Positions 1 through 8,508 of a stretch of DNA of 32,000 nt are shown piece after piece. This DNA comes from Cupriavidus necator (GTDB lineage Bacteria > Pseudomonadota > Gammaproteobacteria > Burkholderiales > Burkholderiaceae): NCBI RefSeq assembly GCF_016127575.1, contig NZ_CP066019.1, positions 1,110,001 through 1,142,000 on the forward strand. Direction: 5' to 3'. The translations under genes and the position numbers were made by a program. Each line of letters begins with the position of its first letter. Within the stretch, counting starts at the first letter, position 1. Under the pieces are notes generated by a model. The model saw nothing but the letters and a program-made list of their open reading frames with translations, was not told where the DNA came from and ran no database searches.

Positions 1-2
1 GT

Positions 3-326
3 ATGAAGAAGGAATGGATGGCGCTGGCGGTGGCTTCGGCGCTGCTGCCGGGCGCGGCGCTGGCCGGCACGGCCGCCGACATGCAGGCCCTGGCCGACAA
101 GAGCGGCTGCTTTTCCTGCCATGGCATGCAGTCAAAGCTGGTGGGCCCGGGGTTTGCCGAGGTGGCTGCCAAGTACAAGGGCGACAGCCAGGCGGCGGAG
201 CGGCTGGCAAAGAAGATCCGCGAAGGCGGCAAGGGCGCGTGGGGGCGGATTCCGATGCCGCCGCATGGCAGCCTTGCTGAGGACGATGCGAAGAAACTGG
301 CGGAGTGGGTGTTGAGTGCCAGCTGA
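3..326 (+). CDS. Periplasmic class I cytochrome c (c551/c552, c8-type)
   Basis: 107-aa ORF. Signal peptide MKKEWMALAVASALLPGAALA and a single heme motif CFSCH. Downstream VGPGF..VAAKY, WGRIPMPP and C-terminal WVLS resemble Pseudomonas-type c551. A hairpin terminator follows. Confidence 0.85.
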   Translation: MKKEWMALAVASALLPGAALAGTAADMQALADKSGCFSCHGMQSKLVGPGFAEVAAKYKGDSQAAERLAKKIREGGKGAWGRIPMPPHGSLAEDDAKKLAEWVLSAS

Positions 327-366
327 GGCCGGCGACTGTCTTGACGATGCCGGCATGCCGGCAAGG

Positions 367-405
367 AACCCCGGCTGGCGCCTGCCATGCCGGGGTTTTT
401 CCTTT
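367..405. terminator. Hairpin terminator between the convergent cytochrome c and pqqE genes
   Basis: AACCCCGGC (368-375) pairs with GCCGGGGTT (389-397). A TTTTTCCTTTC run follows on the plus strand. It lies between stop 326 and the pqqE stop at 407. Confidence 0.5.
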
Positions 406-406
406 C

Positions 407-1573
407 TTAGCGCTGGCCGCTGCTCAGCCGCAGCGAGTTGCCATCGCTGCGAAATACCATCGCTTGCTCGCGTGCCTGCGCCACGGCCAGCCGGCCCTGC
501 AGCACGATCTCGCTGACCTTGTCGTGCGCGCCGGAGCGCTCGCACACCGGGTCCGTGGCGGTGGCGTCGCCGGTGACCAGGAACGCCTGGCAGCGGCAGC
601 CGCCGTAGTCCTGCTCGCGCTGGTCGCAGGAACGGCAGGGTTCCTGCATCCACTGCGTGCCGCGGAAACGGCGGAAGGCATCGCTTTCGGTCCAGATCTC
701 GCGCAGCCCCTGCGTGGCGACATTGGGCAGCGCCAGGCCCGGCAGCATGCGCGCCGCGTGGCAGGGCAGCGCGGTGCCGTCCGGCGCCACGCCAAGGAAG
801 GTGGTGCCCCAGCCGTTCATGCACTTCTTGGGCCGCGCCTCGAAGTAATCAGGCACGACGAACAGGATCTGGCATTGCCTGCCGATGCGCGCGCGGTACT
901 GCCGGACCACGGCCTCGGCCTCGCGCAGCTGCTCATGGGTGGGCAGCAGCGCCAGCCGGTTCTCCCAGGCCCAGCCGTAGTACTGCGTGTTGGCCAGTTC
1001 CAGGTATTCGGCGCCCATCTGCAGGGCCATCTCGATGATGGTGCCGACATGCGGCAGGTTATGCCGGTGCAGCACGCAGTTCATCACCATCGGATAGCCG
1101 TGCGCCTTGATCATGCGCGCCACGCGCTGCTTCAGGTCGAAGGTGCGGGTGCTGGACAGGAAGTCGTTGAGCTCGCGGGTGGAGTCCTGGAACGACAGCT
1201 GGATATGGTCCAGGCCGGCGTCGCGCAGGGCGGCAAGGCGGGCGTCGGTCAGGCCCACGCCCGAGGTGATGAGGTTGGTGTAGAAGCCCAGGCCATGCGC
1301 ATGCCTGACCAGTACTTCAAGGTCCTTGCGCAGCAGTGGTTCGCCGCCGGACAGCCCGAGCTGCACCGCGCCCAGCGCCCGCGCCTGGCTGAACACGTCG
1401 CACCATTGCACGGTGCTCAGCTCGGCCGTATGCCGGGCATAGTCCACCGGGTTGGAGCAGAAGGCGCAATGCAGCGGGCAGCGGTAGGTCAGCTCGGCCA
1501 GCAGCCACAGCGGCGGGCCGGGCGCGGCCTCAGACCAGCCAGCCGCGTTCGATCGCATGTTTGACAAAGGCAT
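407..1573 (-). CDS. pqqE: PqqE, radical-SAM/SPASM PqqA peptide cyclase
   Basis: PPLWLLAELTYRCPLHCAFCSNP carries the CX3CX2C radical-SAM motif. C-terminal Cys-rich SPASM region (CRSCDQREQDYGGCRCQAF). Last gene of pqqABCDE. Start uncertain: ATG 1573 has GGAGG 3 nt upstream, and ATG 1558 is also possible. It overlaps the pqqD 3' end. Confidence 0.93.
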   Translation of the reverse strand: MPLSNMRSNAAGWSEAAPGPPLWLLAELTYRCPLHCAFCSNPVDYARHTAELSTVQWCDVFSQARALGAVQLGLSGGEPLLRKDLEVLVRHAHGLGFYTNLITSGVGLTDARLAALRDAGLDHIQLSFQDSTRELNDFLSSTRTFDLKQRVARMIKAHGYPMVMNCVLHRHNLPHVGTIIEMALQMGAEYLELANTQYYGWAWENRLALLPTHEQLREAEAVVRQYRARIGRQCQILFVVPDYFEARPKKCMNGWGTTFLGVAPDGTALPCHAARMLPGLALPNVATQGLREIWTESDAFRRFRGTQWMQEPCRSCDQREQDYGGCRCQAFLVTGDATATDPVCERSGAHDKVSEIVLQGRLAVAQAREQAMVFRSDGNSLRLSSGQR

Positions 1574-1802
1574 GTACCTCCGGGGCGATTCCCTGCACGC
1601 CAAACGCGGCCTGCAGGTCGTCGATCAGCATGTCCAGCGTGTGGCTGCCGTCGCAGCGCTGCAGGATCGCGGCGGCGCTGTCGTTGAGGGTGACCATGCC
1701 TTCCGGGTACAGCAGCACCCAGCTTTGCTGGGAGGCTTCCCATTGCAGGCGAAAGGTCCGGTGCAGGGTCGGTCTGGCGAGGTCTTGCGTGCTGGCTGTC
1801 AT
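1530..1802 (-). CDS. pqqD: PqqD, PqqA-binding chaperone
   Basis: The internal ATG at 1802 of the 184-aa track ORF gives a 90-aa protein ([52 protein letters not shown]...). Size and sequence fit PqqD. ATGA overlap with the pqqC stop. The upstream extension is Arg/Pro-rich and overlaps pqqC. Confidence 0.9.
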   Translation of the reverse strand: MTASTQDLARPTLHRTFRLQWEASQQSWVLLYPEGMVTLNDSAAAILQRCDGSHTLDMLIDDLQAAFGVQGIAPEVHAFVKHAIERGWLV

Positions 1803-2509
1803 GGGTTGGCTTGCTGGATGGCGTCGAGCATCGACCAGAGCACGTCGAGCTTGAACTGCAGGATGTCGAGGGCGCGCTGCTGTTGCGCCGCGCTGCGGAA
1901 ATGGCCCAGCGTCACGCGCAGGCCATGGTCCACGTCGCGCTGCGCGAGCGGAATGCGAGAGCGGAAGTAGTCCAGCCCGGCGGCCTCGATCCACGGGTAA
2001 TGCGTGGGCCAGCCGGCCAGGCGTTCCTTGTGGATTGCGGGCGCGAACATCTCCGTCAGCGACGAGCACACGGCTTCCTGCCACGGTGCGCGGCGCGCAA
2101 AGTTGACGTAGGCATCGACGGCAAAGCGCACCCCGGGCAGCACGTGCCGGTGGCTCAGCAGTGCTTCGCGCTCCAGGCCCACCGCCTGGCCCAGGCGCAG
2201 CCAGGCCTCGATGCCGCCGGGCTGGGTGTCGGTGCCGTCGTGGTCAAGGATGCGCACCACCCACTCGCGGCGGGTGTCGCGCTCGGGGCAATTGGACAGG
2301 ATGGCGGCGTCCTTCAGCGGGATGTTGTCCTGATAGTAGAAGCGGTTGGCCACCCATGCGCGGATCTGCGCGGGCGAACACTGGCCTGCCGCCATGCGCT
2401 GGTTGAAGGGATGGTGGATGTGGTAGCCGCTTTCCATGGCGCGCAGGCGGGCCTCGAACTCGGCCTCGGTCCAGGCGATGGGGGGGATGGGGAGGATGGC
2501 AGTTGTCAT
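1799..2509 (-). CDS. pqqC: PqqC, pyrroloquinoline-quinone synthase
   Basis: 236 aa. [44 protein letters not shown] is characteristic PqqC sequence. Positioned between pqqB and pqqD, with ATGA overlaps at both ends. Confidence 0.95.
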   Translation of the reverse strand: MTTAILPIPPIAWTEAEFEARLRAMESGYHIHHPFNQRMAAGQCSPAQIRAWVANRFYYQDNIPLKDAAILSNCPERDTRREWVVRILDHDGTDTQPGGIEAWLRLGQAVGLEREALLSHRHVLPGVRFAVDAYVNFARRAPWQEAVCSSLTEMFAPAIHKERLAGWPTHYPWIEAAGLDYFRSRIPLAQRDVDHGLRVTLGHFRSAAQQQRALDILQFKLDVLWSMLDAIQQANP

Positions 2510-3423
2510 AGGGCGATTTCCATGCCGTCGTACGCCACCTCGATGCCATGCCGCGCCAGCTCTGCGCGCTCGGGCGAGTCTTCCACCAGCACCGGGTTGG
2601 TATTGTTGATATGGATAAGAATCTTGCGGCTGGCGGGCAGCCGCTCCAGGACCTCGATCATGCCGCCGGGTCCCGACAGGGCCAGGTGGCCCATGTCGGC
2701 GGCGCTCTTGCCCGAGAAGCCAGGCGCCTGCATCTCGTCGTCGCGCCAGAAGGTGCCGTCGACCAGCACGATGTCGGCGCTGTGCAGCTCGGCAAAGACG
2801 TGGTCGTCGATGCGGCCCAGGCCGGGCGCATAGAAGGCGCTGCGGCCGCTGCGGCGGTCTTCGATGCGCAGGCCGATGTTGTCGCCCGCGCGCGGCGCGT
2901 GGCGGTTGGGCGAGTAGGGCGGGGCCTTGCTCTCCAGCGGTATCGCCGTCAGTGTCAGGCCGTCCAGCGGCGGGACTGAAAACGCGGTGCCGTCGCAGGG
3001 CAGGGCATGCGTCCGCAGTCCGCAGTAGTGCGACAGGATGCGCGTCAGCGGGAAGGCGGCGCCCAGGTCGTCCAGCACGGCGGCGGTGGCATAGAGCGGC
3101 AGCGCCTCGCGGTGTTCGCGCAGCATCAGCAGGCCGGTGACGTGGTCGATCTGCGCATCCATCAGCACGACCGCGGCGATGGCGGTGTCGCGCGGCGCGC
3201 GCGCGGGCTGCAGCGCGGGTGCCTGGCGCAGCTGCTGCAGGATATCGGGCGAGGCATTGACCAGGATGGCATCAGGCCCGTCGCCCGTCAGCGCGATCGA
3301 GGATTGCGTGCGCGGCGTGGCGCGCACCGTGCCGCGGCGCACGCCGTCGCAGTTGTGGCAGTTGCAGTTCCACTGCGGAAAGCCGCCGCCGGCGGCCGAC
3401 CCCAGTACCCGGATGCTTGTCAT
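2506..3423 (-). CDS. pqqB: PqqB, MBL-fold PQQ biosynthesis protein
   Basis: ATG at 3423 gives 305 aa starting [31 protein letters not shown], the PqqB N-terminal signature. The 59-codon 5' extension in the track ORF is rejected. Confidence 0.93.
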   Translation of the reverse strand: MTSIRVLGSAAGGGFPQWNCNCHNCDGVRRGTVRATPRTQSSIALTGDGPDAILVNASPDILQQLRQAPALQPARAPRDTAIAAVVLMDAQIDHVTGLLMLREHREALPLYATAAVLDDLGAAFPLTRILSHYCGLRTHALPCDGTAFSVPPLDGLTLTAIPLESKAPPYSPNRHAPRAGDNIGLRIEDRRSGRSAFYAPGLGRIDDHVFAELHSADIVLVDGTFWRDDEMQAPGFSGKSAADMGHLALSGPGGMIEVLERLPASRKILIHINNTNPVLVEDSPERAELARHGIEVAYDGMEIAL

Positions 3424-3458
3424 GGCGTGAGCGCTTGGTGTTGGGTCATGCTTCACGG

Positions 3459-3484
3459 GGCAGGCGCCAGGCCTGGCGTCTGCC
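3459..3484 (-). promoter_or_regulatory. Stem-loop in the pqqA-pqqB intergenic region (possible attenuator or processing site)
   Basis: GGCAGGCGCCAGG/CCTGGCGTCTGCC is a near-perfect 13-bp inverted repeat with one mismatch, in the 139-nt pqqA-pqqB gap. No U-run follows. Confidence 0.35.
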
Positions 3485-3562
3485 TGCGTTGGTTGTGCTT
3501 GCGGTCCGCGGCTTGCCTGTCGGCGCAGCGCCGGTCGCAGGCGCCGCGGCACCGCGGCACCC

Positions 3563-3637
3563 TCAGCGGTTGGCGATGTACATCGTGATTTCAAAGCCAA
3601 GCCGCAGCTCGGTGTAGGCGGGGGTGGTCCAGCGCAT
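3563..3637 (-). CDS. pqqA: PqqA, PQQ precursor peptide (24 aa)
   Basis: Absent from the ORF track. Minus-strand ATG at 3637 is preceded by AAGGAGAGAGAC. It translates to [24 protein letters not shown] with the conserved Glu-X3-Tyr pair (E-ITM-Y). TGA at 3563-3565. It lies directly upstream of pqqB. Confidence 0.9.
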   Translation of the reverse strand: MRWTTPAYTELRLGFEITMYIANR

Positions 3638-3729
3638 GTCTCTCTCCTTGGGTGGCATGGTTAGTGAATATCGTTGTGCAGCGGCGCCTGGCTGCCGCCC
3701 GACTGCCGCATCCCTTCAAGGCAACATCC

Positions 3730-4689
3730 ATGCCCGACGCATCAACGATTTCTGCCGGCTTTTCCGACGCGGCCACCACCTTCCACCTGCGTACGCCCGA
3801 TGCCCAGCGCGTGCATGTGCGGCTGGCCGGCGCCGCGGACGGCGAGCCGTGGCTGGTGCTGCATGGCGGGCCGGGCAGCGGCTGCTCTGCCGCCATGGCG
3901 CAGTGGTTCGACCCGCGGCGGCACCGCGTGGTGATGCCGGACCAGCGCGGCGCCGGCCGCTCCAGGCCGGCCGGCTGCCTGCGCCGCAATACCGTGGGCG
4001 CGCTGCTGGCCGACCTGGAGCAGCTGCGCCGCGCGCTGGGCATCGAGCGCTGGGGCGTGGTGGGCGGATCATGGGGTGCAGCACTTGCCCTGGCGTACGC
4101 GGCGCAATGCCCGCACGCCGTGGCGGCGCTGGTCCTGCGCGGCTCCTTCCTGACCGGCCGCGACGATGTGCTCGCGCTGTTTTCACCGCGCCATGGGGGC
4201 CGCCGCATGCTGCATTGCGTCAAGGCATGGGGCGAGCGCTTGCCCGATGCGCGCGCGCGGCTGCTCACTGTGTCACGGCTGTTGCAAAGTGGTACGCCTG
4301 TTCAAAAACGGGACACTGCCGCGGCGTGGCAGGCGAGCGAACAGGCGTGGTTGGGTCTTTCCCCTGCGTCGCATTCGCGCCGGCAGCGGCGGCCTGAGCG
4401 CATGGCCGCGGTGAACAAATACCGGATCCAGGCGCACTACCTGCGCAACCGGGCCGGACTGGGCAAGCCGGCCCTGCTCAGCGCGGCGCGGGTCATCGGC
4501 GCGCATGGCCTGCCGGTGACGCTGCTGCATGGCCGCGCCGACAAGGTCTGCCGTCCCGCCAACGCGCTGCGCCTGCAGGCCGCCATGCCGGGCGCAAGGC
4601 TGGCCTGGGTGGACGGCGGACACCTGGCGGCAGGGGCCATGCGCGACGCCCTGGTGGCCGCGATCCGCGCCGCGGGCTGGCAGCGGTGA
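3730..4689 (+). CDS. pip: Proline iminopeptidase-like alpha/beta hydrolase (peptidase S33)
   Basis: ATG at 3730, 319 aa. LVLHGGPGSG, MPDQRGAGRS and the nucleophile elbow GGSWG followed by ALALAYA match the prolyl aminopeptidase pattern. Divergent from pqqA. Confidence 0.75.
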   Translation: MPDASTISAGFSDAATTFHLRTPDAQRVHVRLAGAADGEPWLVLHGGPGSGCSAAMAQWFDPRRHRVVMPDQRGAGRSRPAGCLRRNTVGALLADLEQLRRALGIERWGVVGGSWGAALALAYAAQCPHAVAALVLRGSFLTGRDDVLALFSPRHGGRRMLHCVKAWGERLPDARARLLTVSRLLQSGTPVQKRDTAAAWQASEQAWLGLSPASHSRRQRRPERMAAVNKYRIQAHYLRNRAGLGKPALLSAARVIGAHGLPVTLLHGRADKVCRPANALRLQAAMPGARLAWVDGGHLAAGAMRDALVAAIRAAGWQR

Positions 4690-5651
4690 TGCCCACGACG
4701 CGGCGCGGCTTTCTTGGCGCCACGCTTGCGCTGGCCATGAACGGCTGGCGCCCGGCGGCCGCTGCCGGCACGCGGGTCACGCTGGAGCGGCTGCAGCCAG
4801 GCGTGTACGTGGCCCGCGCCGGCAATGCCGAAGTGGCGCGCGCCAACGCCGCCGAAGTGGTGCCGACCCTGGTCCACCTGAGCGGTGCGGGCGTGCTGGT
4901 GGTGGACCCCGGGCCGCAGGCGGCGTGGGGCGGTGCGCTGCTCGGCGCCATCCGGGCGCTGACGCCGCAGCCCGTGCGTTGGGTGGTCAACACGCATGCC
5001 CACCCGGAGAACGTGCTGGCCAATGCCGCGTTCGCACGGCTGCGGCCCCGGCCCGTGTTCCTGGCCTCCGCCGCCACGGCTGCGCTGATGCGGCAACGCT
5101 GCGCGGCCTGCCTGGCCCGCATGGCGACGCTGCTCGGCAGCGGTACCATGCGCGGCGCCGCGATAGTCTTGCCGGAGCCCGCGCTGCAGCCCGATGGCTG
5201 GCTGCACACCGGCGCTACCGCCTGGCAGGTGCAGGTTTATGCGAATGCGCACAGTGCCTCGGATACGGTGCTGTACGCGCCGCGGCTGCAGCTGCTGTGT
5301 GCGGGTGGCCTGGCTTACCGCGAGCGCGTGCCGGAGATGCACGAGGCCTCGCTGCAGGGGTGGCGCCGTGCGCTGCGGCGGCTGCAGGAGCTGCCGGCGC
5401 GCACGGTGGTGGGCACCGCGGCGGGCACGCCCGCCCAGACGCTGGCGCCGACGCTGGCTTACCTGGATGCGCTGGCGCACGGAATCGGCGCCGCGCTGGC
5501 CGCGGGCAGCGATGCCTCGCGCGCCAATGACGCCGTGGCGGCGGTGCCGTTCCGGCACTGGCGCCATTTCCAGTCGCGCCACCCGCTGAACGTGCAGCGC
5601 GCCTGGCGCGAGCTGGAAGACCTGTGGATGCAGGGCGAGCCGCTGGCCTGA
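4686..5651 (+). CDS. Tat-exported MBL-fold metallohydrolase (quinoprotein-cluster-associated type)
   Basis: 321 aa. Twin-arginine leader TRRGFLGATLALA. VVNTHAHPEN sits where MBL enzymes carry HxHxDH. The start (GTG 4686 or ATG 4689) overlaps the pip stop, suggesting coupling. Confidence 0.7.
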   Translation: MMPTTRRGFLGATLALAMNGWRPAAAAGTRVTLERLQPGVYVARAGNAEVARANAAEVVPTLVHLSGAGVLVVDPGPQAAWGGALLGAIRALTPQPVRWVVNTHAHPENVLANAAFARLRPRPVFLASAATAALMRQRCAACLARMATLLGSGTMRGAAIVLPEPALQPDGWLHTGATAWQVQVYANAHSASDTVLYAPRLQLLCAGGLAYRERVPEMHEASLQGWRRALRRLQELPARTVVGTAAGTPAQTLAPTLAYLDALAHGIGAALAAGSDASRANDAVAAVPFRHWRHFQSRHPLNVQRAWRELEDLWMQGEPLA

Positions 5652-5681
5652 GCGCGGGGCTGCCCTGGTGCGTGGCCCGAA

Positions 5682-7670
5682 TCAGCCGGCCTGGTGGGGC
5701 AGCCCGCGGGCCTCTTCCATTTTCCGGTAGACCGTATTGCGCGAGATCCCCAGCGCCTTGGCCGCCGCAGAGATGTTCCCGTTGTGCGCCTTGACCGTGG
5801 CGACAATGGCCATGGCCTCGACATCGGCCAGCCGCGTGGGCTGCGCGCCCGGCAACATATGGGCCGCGGGCACCGCCGCATGCCCCTGGCGCTCGCGCAG
5901 GTCATCGAGGAAGTCGTCGGGCAGGTGGTCCTCGGTGATCTCAGCTTCGCCTTCGGCCATCAGCCGCGCGGTGCGCAGCAGGTTGCACAGCTGGCGGATA
6001 TTGCCCGGCCAGTGGTAGCGGCGGAACATCTCCATCACCGACTCGCGGATGCGGGGCGGCTCGCCGGGTTGCACGCCCGCCTGGTCCTGGCGCAGCAGCC
6101 TGGCGGCCACCGCGTCGAGGTCGCCGCGCTCGCGCAGGGCCGGCAGCCGCACCACCAGCCCGTTGAGGCGGTAGTAGAGGTCTTCGCGGAACTGGCCGTT
6201 GGCGACCAGGTCACGCAGGTTGCGGTTGGTGGCGCATACCACCGAGACGTCGACATGGATGACCTTGCTGCTGCCCAGCGGCGACACCGCGCGTTCCTGC
6301 AGCGCGCGCAGCAGCCGTCCTTGCAGATGCAGCGGCATGTCCCCGATCTCGTCCAGGAACAGCGTGCCGCCGTTGGCCAGCAGCATCTTGCCGATGCCGC
6401 CCTTCTTGCGGGCGCCGGTGAAGGCGCCTTCTTCATAGCCGAACAGCTCGGACTCGATCAGGGTTTCCGGGATGGAGGCGCAGTTCACGGCAATGAAGGG
6501 CCCGGCATGGCGCGGGCTGTCGGCGTGGATGGCGCGCGCCATCAGTTCCTTGCCGGTACCGGTCTCGCCCAGCACCATCACCGGAATATCCTTGCCGATG
6601 ACCTTGCGCAGCTTGCCGATGACCGCGCGGATCTGCGCGTCGCCCGTGTCCAGGTCGTCCAGCCCGGGTGAGCGGGCGGGGCCTGCGGCCAGGCTGCGCG
6701 GTGCGGCGGCCGTGCCAGGCTGGACTGCTTGGCCGGCATCGGTGTTGCCCGGCAGCGATGCGGCGGGTGACTTCCATTCGACCCGGGCGCTGACCTTGAC
6801 GCCGCTCGGCAGGTGCAGCTGGACGATGCCCGCATGAGCCGCGCGCACCGCGTCGAACAGCTGCGACATCGACAGCCCGAACAGCGAGGAGAAGGTGTGC
6901 GCATGCAGGGCGCCATTGGACAGGCCAAGCTGGAACTGCCCGCTGCGGTTGGCTGACAGGAAGCGCCCGCCGGGCGTGAAGGAGACGATGCCCTCGACCA
7001 GCGTGCCCAGGAACTCCGCGCGCGAATGGAAGCGGATGCACACCATGTCACGGAAGGCGTTGCCGAACAGCTGGTTCTCGATCATCTGCGCCGACATCCG
7101 CACCAGCGCCATGGTGTGCTTGTGGAAACCGCGCTGGTCGCCGGTCACATCCAGCGCCCCCACGGTCTTGCCGTAAGGGTCGAGGATGGTCATGCACGAG
7201 CAGGTCAGGAACTGGTTGGCCTCCAGGAAGTGGTCGGCGCCGTGTACCAGCGTGGCCCGGTTCTCGGCCAGGGCCGTGCCGATGGCGTTGGTGCCGCGGC
7301 GCGCTTCCGACCACTCCGCGCCCGGGCGCAGCGCGACCTGGTTGGCCCGGGCCAGAAAGTCGTCATCGCCCATCGAGTGCAGGATCAGGCCATCGGCGTC
7401 GGTCAGGATGACCATGCTCTGCGTATTCACGATCTGGTCGTAGAGCGTTTCCATCACCGGCAGCGCATAGGCGAACAGCGACTGGCTACGCTCGATCCGC
7501 GTTTTCAGCTCGCTCTGCAGCACCGGGCAGAAGTCGGGCGATTCATAGGGACGCAGGCCATAGGACTCGGAACGCTGGTGGGCCTGGGCAATCAGTTGGT
7601 CGCGCTCGGGCTGCCCTGTGTCACCCGGGGCGCCCGCCGCGGGGCGGGCCGGTTCCGGCTGGAAGGTCAT
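5682..7670 (-). CDS. Sigma-54-dependent transcriptional activator, AcoR-like (GAF + AAA+ + Fis HTH)
   Basis: ATG at 7670 (MTFQPEP..., GGAGAC upstream), 662 aa. Walker A GETGTGKE, sigma-54 contact loop GAFTGA, C-terminal HTH AAKALGISRNTVYRKM. The 120-codon 5' extension in the track is rejected. Confidence 0.9.
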   Translation of the reverse strand: MTFQPEPARPAAGAPGDTGQPERDQLIAQAHQRSESYGLRPYESPDFCPVLQSELKTRIERSQSLFAYALPVMETLYDQIVNTQSMVILTDADGLILHSMGDDDFLARANQVALRPGAEWSEARRGTNAIGTALAENRATLVHGADHFLEANQFLTCSCMTILDPYGKTVGALDVTGDQRGFHKHTMALVRMSAQMIENQLFGNAFRDMVCIRFHSRAEFLGTLVEGIVSFTPGGRFLSANRSGQFQLGLSNGALHAHTFSSLFGLSMSQLFDAVRAAHAGIVQLHLPSGVKVSARVEWKSPAASLPGNTDAGQAVQPGTAAAPRSLAAGPARSPGLDDLDTGDAQIRAVIGKLRKVIGKDIPVMVLGETGTGKELMARAIHADSPRHAGPFIAVNCASIPETLIESELFGYEEGAFTGARKKGGIGKMLLANGGTLFLDEIGDMPLHLQGRLLRALQERAVSPLGSSKVIHVDVSVVCATNRNLRDLVANGQFREDLYYRLNGLVVRLPALRERGDLDAVAARLLRQDQAGVQPGEPPRIRESVMEMFRRYHWPGNIRQLCNLLRTARLMAEGEAEITEDHLPDDFLDDLRERQGHAAVPAAHMLPGAQPTRLADVEAMAIVATVKAHNGNISAAAKALGISRNTVYRKMEEARGLPHQAG

Positions 7671-7753
7671 TTCTCTGTCTCCTGTGGAAAGTCCGCCCGC
7701 GGTCTTTGCGCGGGTCGCTGTCGGCGCCTTCGCCGGGCGCATGGTCGACAGTG

Positions 7754-7791
7754 TTGCGTCATGAAGCAAAACACTTGCCAGGGTGTGGCAA
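7754..7791. promoter_or_regulatory. Candidate activator binding sites (UAS): two TTGC-N8/9-GCAA inverted repeats
   Basis: TTGCgtcatgaaGCAA (7754-7769) and TTGCCAgggtgTGGCAA (7775-7791), about 95-130 bp upstream of the -24 element. Confidence 0.3.
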
Positions 7792-7885
7792 TCCGGGACA
7801 CCCGTGCCGCGATGCTGCGTTTCAGACAACGATGGCGGCGCGGCGAAGCCTGCTTTCAGGCGCCTCCGGGCCTGGTCCGGCTGGC

Positions 7886-7900
7886 TGGTATGGCTCTTGC
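7886..7900 (+). promoter_or_regulatory. Sigma-54 (-24/-12) promoter for the cytochrome c550 operon
   Basis: TGGTATGGCTCTTGC has GG and GC at the canonical GG-N10-GC spacing and matches TGGCAC-N5-TTGC at 13 of 15 positions. It lies 47 nt upstream of ATG 7947 and next to a divergent sigma-54 activator. Confidence 0.55.
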
Positions 7901-7946
7901 GGAAACAGGGCAAACAACCAAGACCCGTCCACTGTAGGAGACATCC

Positions 7947-8426
7947 ATGAAAACGCAGCGCCGCCTGCTTGCCTTGCTCGCGCTTTGCGCGTCCCTGACC
8001 GCCCTCCCGGCCGGCTCCGTGCTGGCCCATGGCGACGTCACGCCCCAGGCCGTCGATACCAAAGCGTTACCACAACTGGGCGACGAATGGCGCCCGGACA
8101 ATCCCTACCGTAGCGGTGATGCGCACAAGGAGGCTCTGCGGATCGGCAGCTCGGCCTATAACCAGAACTGCGCGCGCTGCCATGGCCTGGAAGCGGTGTC
8201 AGGGGGCATCGCGCCGGACCTGCGCAAGCTGGACGGCGACTGCGTCTCGCTGGCGGATGCAAAGAAGAAGCAGGCATGCATGAGCGAGATCTCGCAGTTC
8301 TACACCACCACCGTGCGCAAGGGCCGCACGCGCGACGGCCGCGTCTACATGCCGCCGTTCGACGGCGTGCTGAGCCAGGAGGCGGTGTGGGCCATCAAGA
8401 CCTACCTGGAGTCGCGCCACGAGTAA
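7947..8426 (+). CDS. pedF: Cytochrome c550, PedF/ExaB type (electron acceptor of PQQ alcohol dehydrogenases)
   Basis: 159 aa. Signal peptide ending VLAHG, heme motif CARCHG, then GGIAPDLRKL, a Cys pair (DGDC...QAC) and MPPF. The family is recognised from memory of PedF/ExaB sequences. Confidence 0.8.
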   Translation: MKTQRRLLALLALCASLTALPAGSVLAHGDVTPQAVDTKALPQLGDEWRPDNPYRSGDAHKEALRIGSSAYNQNCARCHGLEAVSGGIAPDLRKLDGDCVSLADAKKKQACMSEISQFYTTTVRKGRTRDGRVYMPPFDGVLSQEAVWAIKTYLESRHE

Positions 8427-8508
8427 GAGGCGGTTGCGCCGGCAGTCCTTCACGTTGTCCAGCCCCGGCCCGCAGTGCCGGGTCAACGCATCTTCCAGGA
8501 GCCATCCC

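Noticed and set aside
305-1564. 419-aa plus-strand ORF opposite pqqE, plus nested ORFs in 132-1508
   Set aside because: It is antisense to a confidently identified pqqE. The translation is Ala/Arg/Gly/Pro-rich low complexity, typical of off-frame ORFs in about 70% GC DNA, and no RBS was seen.
2506-3600. 5'-extended versions of track ORFs (pqqB 364 aa; also pqqD 184 aa, regulator 782 aa, imuB 709 aa, dnaE2 1184 aa, plcN 780 aa, hipA 477 aa)
   Set aside because: The family N-termini begin at internal ATGs that have an RBS and/or ATGA coupling. The extensions are Arg/Pro-rich and overlap the upstream genes.
4437-5582. 381-aa and 238-aa minus ORFs and a 333-aa plus ORF overlapping the pip/MBL genes
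   Set aside because: Same reasoning as above. The in-frame pip and MBL readings carry real catalytic and signal motifs, and these ORFs do not.
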